DNA of 64,000 bases from Lachnospiraceae bacterium (GTDB lineage: Bacteria; Bacillota; Clostridia; Lachnospirales; Lachnospiraceae), in assembly GCA_022510625.1 (NCBI GenBank), contig JAFLTD010000002.1:5573-69572 (forward strand), in the 5' to 3' direction. Shown here piece after piece: positions 58,917 to 64,000 of the stretch; the first letter of the stretch is position 1; each line of letters opens with the position of its first letter. Below the pieces are notes generated by a model that was given only the letters and a program-made list of their open reading frames with translations, was not told where the DNA came from and did no database searches. The position numbers and the translations under genes were made by a program.

Positions 58917-60377
58917 ATGATAAAAATCAAAGGGAAATGGACGTGGAAAGCTGAATATATCAAATACTTAATTGGGACAGCGGTCTTCATGGTTTGGGTA
59001 CTTCCTTATTTAATCGTGGTGTGGTATGTGGTGCCGGTAGCAGATGATTTTTCGTTTGGAGCGGATATTGTCACCGCCGGAGGTCATGGCTTGACAGGTG
59101 TATTTAATCTGGTGAAGACCAACTACTTCAAATGGCAGGGAACTTTTCTGGCAACGGCATTGGAAGGCGGCATAGATCCTCTTAACAGAGTCGGGTTTGT
59201 CGGAATCAATATTGTCTTATTTATTGTTGTGCTGGGCCTGATTGTTACTTTCAAAATTTTGTTGAGCAAATTGTGCATTAGCAGATTTGACAAAAACATC
59301 GCGGATATATTAGTAGTTCTGGCAATCTTGGGGATGTTTGTAACGAGACTCGTGCAAGAGTCGCTTCTTTGGTATGTCGGAGCATGTGCATATACAATTC
59401 CTTTCATAGTCGGATGCTTTGGCATTGTCTGTGAGCTTAAGATATCTGAACAAGACAATAAAAAAATAAGATATGTAGTTGCTGCCTCCATACTGGGAAT
59501 GTTGGCAGGCGGTGGAACCTTGCAAAATGCAGGATATTTTTGCTGGATCTATTTGCTGTTTTTAGGCTGCGACTTTTTTGACAAGAAACCGATTAAATAC
59601 CATTTGATTTCTTTCCTTTCTGCTTTTTGCGGAGCGCTTATCAATGTGGCGGCGCCCGGAAACTATGTCAGAAAGGCAGGGCGTTATGAGAGCGTTTCCC
59701 TGTTTGTCGCAGCGAAATACACACTGATAGCGGTATGGCAGGAGCTATCGTATCTCTTGTCGCAGACATATGTTCCGATTATATTGCTGGTGATAGCTAT
59801 CCTGGCTGTCATCTATATACATCCTGTGGAGAAGGGGATTTGGAATCCGATAGTGGTATCAGCCGCCATGGCTGCCGGATGGATTATCTCCACATTTCCT
59901 GTTTGTTATGGCTATGCTTCCAGCGTTTTGACGGAACGGAGTGTAACCACACTGGACTGGTTTATAGTAGCAGGCCTCTTTATGATTGTCCTCAGTATTG
60001 CCAATTGGTGTAGACGAAAAGCTGTCACTATATCGCGGGGAACCATCTATGTAACGGTGTTGCTGGTCATTATGCATATTGGGTATATCCAGAACCTCGT
60101 GCCGATTGCACAGACGCCGGGACTCATGTGCTGGAGAGAAATCCTTTCGGGGGAAGCGGCGCAGTATCATGATGAGTGGATAGCGGTCTTTAATGCGATA
60201 GAAGTCAGTGATAAAGCAGTAGTTGAGGTGCGGATCAGTAATGAGGCGGCACGCAGGGACAAGGTAGTAAAGCATCCGGACATGTCGGAGAATTATGATA
60301 ATTGGGTCAATCAGGCGGTAGCCAGATATTACGGCAAGGAAAATGTGCGCGTATTAACAGAGGAAATGGTTGAGTAG
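58917..60377 (+). CDS. DUF6056-like GT-C-type membrane protein (intact)
   Basis: PVADDFSFG in the first loop, YFKWQGTF, APGNYVR, NWVNQAVARYYG. Confidence 0.65.
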   Translation: MIKIKGKWTWKAEYIKYLIGTAVFMVWVLPYLIVVWYVVPVADDFSFGADIVTAGGHGLTGVFNLVKTNYFKWQGTFLATALEGGIDPLNRVGFVGINIVLFIVVLGLIVTFKILLSKLCISRFDKNIADILVVLAILGMFVTRLVQESLLWYVGACAYTIPFIVGCFGIVCELKISEQDNKKIRYVVAASILGMLAGGGTLQNAGYFCWIYLLFLGCDFFDKKPIKYHLISFLSAFCGALINVAAPGNYVRKAGRYESVSLFVAAKYTLIAVWQELSYLLSQTYVPIILLVIAILAVIYIHPVEKGIWNPIVVSAAMAAGWIISTFPVCYGYASSVLTERSVTTLDWFIVAGLFMIVLSIANWCRRKAVTISRGTIYVTVLLVIMHIGYIQNLVPIAQTPGLMCWREILSGEAAQYHDEWIAVFNAIEVSDKAVVEVRISNEAARRDKVVKHPDMSENYDNWVNQAVARYYGKENVRVLTEEMVE

Positions 60378-60379
60378 GT

Positions 60380-61093
60380 ATGAAAGAGCAGGCGAAATGT
60401 CTTATCATTATTCCCGCATACAATGAGGCGGGTAATCTTGAAAAGGTAATTGATAATTTGACAGCGAATTATCCGCAGTATGACTATGTTATTGTCAACG
60501 ACGGCTCCGTGGATGCGACGAAGAAGATCTGCAGAGAACATCGTTATCAGGTGCTCCATCTGCCCGTAAATATGGGAATTGGCGGCGCGGTACAGACAGG
60601 ATACCGATATGCGTTGGAGAATGAGTATGACATGGCAGTGCAGATCGACGGCGACGGGCAGCATGACATTGCCTTTTTAGAGGGTATGATTCAATATATG
60701 GAGGAAGAGGAAGCGGATTGTGTCATTGGTTCCCGGTTCGTCAAGAAGGAGGGATTCCAGTCTTCCGGACTTCGAAGAACCGGTATTCAGTTCTTAAGCA
60801 TACTGGGTTTTATTTTGACCGGAGTGCGGGTACGTGATATCACCAGCGGTTATCGGCTCGTCAACAGAAGATTTATCAAGAGTTTTGCCCAGGATTATCC
60901 GACGGACTATCCGGAACCGGAGGCCATGGTGATTGTAGCGGTACAGCGCGGCAAGATCAGGGAATATCCGGTTGTTATGAAGGAAAGGGAAAACGGGAAA
61001 AGCTCCATTACCTTGAAGAAATCCGTTTACTATATGGTTAAAGTGACGCTTGCAATGCTGATCCGAAGATTAAGCTTCGGGGTAAGGAGGTAG
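60380..61093 (+). CDS. GT2 DPM1-like undecaprenyl-phosphate HexNAc transferase (GacI-like)
   Basis: IIPAYNE, VNDGS.D, NMGIGGAVQTG, QIDGDGQH, GSRF, DITSGYR, YPEPE. Confidence 0.85.
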   Translation: MKEQAKCLIIIPAYNEAGNLEKVIDNLTANYPQYDYVIVNDGSVDATKKICREHRYQVLHLPVNMGIGGAVQTGYRYALENEYDMAVQIDGDGQHDIAFLEGMIQYMEEEEADCVIGSRFVKKEGFQSSGLRRTGIQFLSILGFILTGVRVRDITSGYRLVNRRFIKSFAQDYPTDYPEPEAMVIVAVQRGKIREYPVVMKERENGKSSITLKKSVYYMVKVTLAMLIRRLSFGVRR

Positions 61094-61095
61094 AG

Positions 61096-61488
61096 ATGAT
61101 ACCGCGTACGCTGCAGATTACTCTTTCCGTTGCAGTGATTTGCTATTTTATAATTATTCTGTATTATTTGAAACGGAAGATGTTGGAACTAAAATATACC
61201 CTGGTCTGGCTGATAACCGGCTTGATTATGGGGACTATGATATACTTTCCGCAAATCTTGGTGCGGTTTGTCAGATTTTTAGGTATAGAGAGCAATATGA
61301 ACGGACTCTATATCCTGTGCATTGCTTTTATCATTGTAATTCTGATGACACTTACGTCTATTGTATCCAGACAGCAGCTCAAGATCAGGACACTGATTCA
61401 GGAAATCAGTATGTTGGAGAAGCGAGTGCGGGAGTTGGAAGATGAAACGGAAAATGTTGCTGCCGAAATGAGATGCGGGGATGAGTAG
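61096..61488 (+). CDS. DUF2304 small membrane protein (GacJ-like activator of the upstream GT2)
   Basis: 3 TM helices, L.W, FP...FLGI, C-terminal coiled coil IRTLIQEISMLE; directly follows a DPM1-like GT2. Confidence 0.8.
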   Translation: MIPRTLQITLSVAVICYFIIILYYLKRKMLELKYTLVWLITGLIMGTMIYFPQILVRFVRFLGIESNMNGLYILCIAFIIVILMTLTSIVSRQQLKIRTLIQEISMLEKRVRELEDETENVAAEMRCGDE

Positions 61489-62294
61489 TGCATATGAACC
61501 ATTATGATAAATCAGATTATGTATTTGTTATATGTGCATATGGGGAAAGTCAGTACCTAGAAGAGTGTATTCTTTCTTTACTGAATCAGAGCATGCCAAC
61601 CGGAATCATCATAGCGACTTCCACGCCGAATGAACATATTACAGCATTGGCAGCCAAATATCATCTGCAGGTTTATGTGAATGACGGTCCCAAAGGGATT
61701 GCGGAGGACTGGAACTTCGGTTATCAGAAAGCAAATGGTAAAATTATAACAATAGCGCATCAGGATGATATCTACGAGCCCCGTTTTGCACAAACAAATC
61801 TGGAGAAAATCAATCGTGCCAAACATCCGCTGATTTCCTTTTCCGATTACGGAGAAATCAGAGACGGAAAACGAGTAGTGAGAAACCGTCTCTTAAACAT
61901 CAAACGAATCATGCTTTTTCCGCTGCGGTTCACCTCCCTGCAAAGGGTGCGTTTTGTCAGAAGACGGATTCTTTCGTTCGGTTCGGCGATATGCTGCCCT
62001 TCTGTGACTTACGTGAAGGAAAACCTCCCCGGTATTATTTTTGAACCCGGTTATAAAGGCAATATAGATTGGCAGGCATGGGAGAAATTATCAAGACTGA
62101 AAGGATCCTTTGTCTTCTGCAACGATATCTTAATGTTTCACAGGATACATTCGGAATCTGCAACAACAGTAAATATTGCAGGAAATGACAGGACGAAAGA
62201 AGATTATGAAATGTTCTGTAAATTCTGGCCGAAGAAAATAGCGGGACTGATAGAGTTCTTCTATCGCAGCGGAGAGAAGTCGAACGAGATATAA
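61488..62294 (+). CDS. GT2 glycosyltransferase
   Basis: FVICAYGES.YLEECI.SL, AHQDDIY, ICCPSVT, DW. Confidence 0.85.
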   Translation: MHMNHYDKSDYVFVICAYGESQYLEECILSLLNQSMPTGIIIATSTPNEHITALAAKYHLQVYVNDGPKGIAEDWNFGYQKANGKIITIAHQDDIYEPRFAQTNLEKINRAKHPLISFSDYGEIRDGKRVVRNRLLNIKRIMLFPLRFTSLQRVRFVRRRILSFGSAICCPSVTYVKENLPGIIFEPGYKGNIDWQAWEKLSRLKGSFVFCNDILMFHRIHSESATTVNIAGNDRTKEDYEMFCKFWPKKIAGLIEFFYRSGEKSNEI

Positions 62295-62318
62295 AGGGTG
62301 GCGGAGGAATCTTTATTT

Positions 62319-63713
62319 ATGGTTTTTTCATCTTTAATTTTTCTCTGGATATTTTTGCCCATAGTTTTTATAGGGTACTTTCTGGTTCCGGATAAATTGA
62401 AGAATGTTTTTTTATTACTTGGCAGTCTGTTATTTTATGCATGGGGCGAGCCTAAATATATTCTATTGATGATCTGTTCAATCGTGATAAATTATGTGAT
62501 TGGACTATTAATGGACATGTATGCAAATCGGAAAAAAGTATTATTGATTTGTGACATTATTATCAATCTTGTAATTCTGGGATATTTCAAATATTTTAAT
62601 TTTATACTCCGAATCATTAGTCTTGGCACCGGAAAGGAACTCTCCTCTGCCGACATCGCATTGCCGATAGGTATATCGTTTTTTACATTTCAAATTTTAT
62701 CATATATAATTGATCTATATCGTGGGAAATTTAAAGCGCAAAAAAACTTGATAAATCTTGCGTTATATATATCATTTTTCCCACAGCTTATTGCCGGTCC
62801 GATTGTCAGATATGAGGATATCGAGGTTCAGCTAAAGCATAGGAAGCGAACGACTGAACAAATTGCTTCGGGAATTAGGAGATTTATTTACGGTTTTGGC
62901 AAAAAAATAATATTATCCAATACAATAGCACAGTGTGTAGATTTAATTTTTGCGTTAAATTATGCGGAACTGACCGGCATACTTGCGTGGGCGGGGGCGC
63001 TTCTTTATGCCTTGCAGATTTACTATGATTTCTCCGGATATTCAGACATGGCTATCGGACTTGGCAAAATGTTTGGCTTTGAGTTTCCGGAGAACTTTAA
63101 TTATCCGTATATGTCTTCTTCCATAAGGGAATTTTGGCAGAGGTGGCATATATCTCTCGGTACGTGGTTCAGAGAGTATTTATACATACCACTGGGAGGA
63201 AATAGGAAAGGGAAAACAAGGACATATGTGAATTTGACAATTGTTTTTTTTCTGACAGGATTATGGCATGGGGCAAGCTTTAACTTCATTTTATGGGGAC
63301 TATATCATGGATTATTTCAAATCCTTGAAAGATTAATGCTTCGGGTATTTCTTGAAAAGCATAAGATACTCGCCCATGTATATACCACTATCGTCTTTGT
63401 CTTCGGCTGGGTTATATTTAGGAGTGATGATCTGATTCAGGCAGGTGTCATGGTGCGAAGAATGCTTATGCCGTGGGAATATACGCAAAGCAATCTGATT
63501 ATGAGAAGAGTATTTGATAATAAAACTATATTAATTATTTTGGCAGGTGTTTTGGGAAGCGGATTAATGCAGCGACTCTTGTATAAAACAAAAAATTATC
63601 GAAAGTGGAAAGATTCATATCTGGAAATGGCGTATTGTGGTGCGATTTTATTTTTATGTATTGCAGCGTTAGCGAGCAACACATATAATCCGTTTATATA
63701 TTTTAGATTCTGA
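62319..63713 (+). CDS. MBOAT O-acyltransferase (AlgI/DltB/PatA family)
   Basis: MVFSS..FL..FLP, LPIGISFFTFQ, FFPQLIAGPI, YDFSGYSDMAIG, ENFNYPY, FWQRWHISL, GLWHGA, FIYFRF. Confidence 0.93.
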   Translation: MVFSSLIFLWIFLPIVFIGYFLVPDKLKNVFLLLGSLLFYAWGEPKYILLMICSIVINYVIGLLMDMYANRKKVLLICDIIINLVILGYFKYFNFILRIISLGTGKELSSADIALPIGISFFTFQILSYIIDLYRGKFKAQKNLINLALYISFFPQLIAGPIVRYEDIEVQLKHRKRTTEQIASGIRRFIYGFGKKIILSNTIAQCVDLIFALNYAELTGILAWAGALLYALQIYYDFSGYSDMAIGLGKMFGFEFPENFNYPYMSSSIREFWQRWHISLGTWFREYLYIPLGGNRKGKTRTYVNLTIVFFLTGLWHGASFNFILWGLYHGLFQILERLMLRVFLEKHKILAHVYTTIVFVFGWVIFRSDDLIQAGVMVRRMLMPWEYTQSNLIMRRVFDNKTILIILAGVLGSGLMQRLLYKTKNYRKWKDSYLEMAYCGAILFLCIAALASNTYNPFIYFRF

Positions 63714-63729
63714 GCAGGCAGGGGAGAAT

Positions 63730-64000
63730 ATGAAGTCAAATAAATCCGTGATATGGATTATCTCTTTTATATTTATGATGGTTTTTCCGACATTTATCTA
63801 TTCTTTTCTTGGGAAATATGTGGATTCGGACAATCATGAGAATAGAAATATCGAATCAAAACCGACCTTAACAGTGGAAAATTATAATACGTTTTCAAAA
63901 GATTACGAAGCCTATTACAATGACAATCTTCCGTTTAGGAACCAATTGATTGGCATCAATAATTCAATTGATTATTATATATTTAGAAAATCAACTAATG
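63730..64000 (+). CDS. AlgJ/AlgX (DHHW)-like O-acetyltransferase partner; 3'-truncated
   Basis: Own translation: MKSNKSVIWIISFIFMMVFP...ENRNIESKP...FSKDYEAYYNDNLPFRNQLI; GGGGAG RBS; follows the MBOAT gene. Confidence 0.7.
   Translation, partial: MKSNKSVIWIISFIFMMVFPTFIYSFLGKYVDSDNHENRNIESKPTLTVENYNTFSKDYEAYYNDNLPFRNQLIGINNSIDYYIFRKSTN

Noticed and set aside
1-64000. CRISPR arrays, tRNA/rRNA genes, IS elements, invertible promoters
   Set aside because: No regularly spaced repeats, cloverleafs, transposase or recombinase ORFs, or long inverted-repeat pairs were seen; the intergenic gaps are too short

Overview
The whole 64 kb window lies inside one very large surface-glycan biosynthesis locus. 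About 51 tightly packed CDSs all read on the + strand, and the locus runs off both ends. I found no rRNA, tRNA, CRISPR array or IS element. The gene families (CpsE-type priming transferase, TagA, YfhO, DUF2304, DUF6056-like, MBOAT) and the strong AGGAGG-type RBSs suggest a Gram-positive clostridial, probably Lachnospiraceae-like, host; this is inference. The locus falls into four parts. (i) A WaaL/O-oligosaccharyltransferase-like membrane protein is followed by a pglF-pglE-pglC-(PLP enzyme, ATP-grasp)-pglA-like block with no PglD. (ii) Next come UDP-HexNAcA dehydrogenase and epimerase, a formyltransferase, a deacetylase-like protein and two AsnB-type amidotransferases in duplicated GT4-X-AsnB modules. 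(iii) A block carries GT11, GT17 and DUF5672 glycosyltransferases, a PglK-type ABC flippase and a DUF6056-like gene interrupted by one in-frame TGA. (iv) A second, CpsE-initiated Wzx/Wzy pathway includes a pyruvyl transferase, a TagA-GT4 fusion, a radical SAM enzyme, a second PglK-type flippase, several GT-C-like membrane proteins, a GacI/GacJ-like pair and an MBOAT/AlgJ-like O-acylation pair. The strongest novelty candidates are a possible Gram-positive pgl-like (protein or lipid) glycosylation system, the PLP-enzyme plus ATP-grasp pair occupying the PglD position, and the glycan-associated radical SAM enzyme. All family assignments come from motifs read by eye; no database searches were run.
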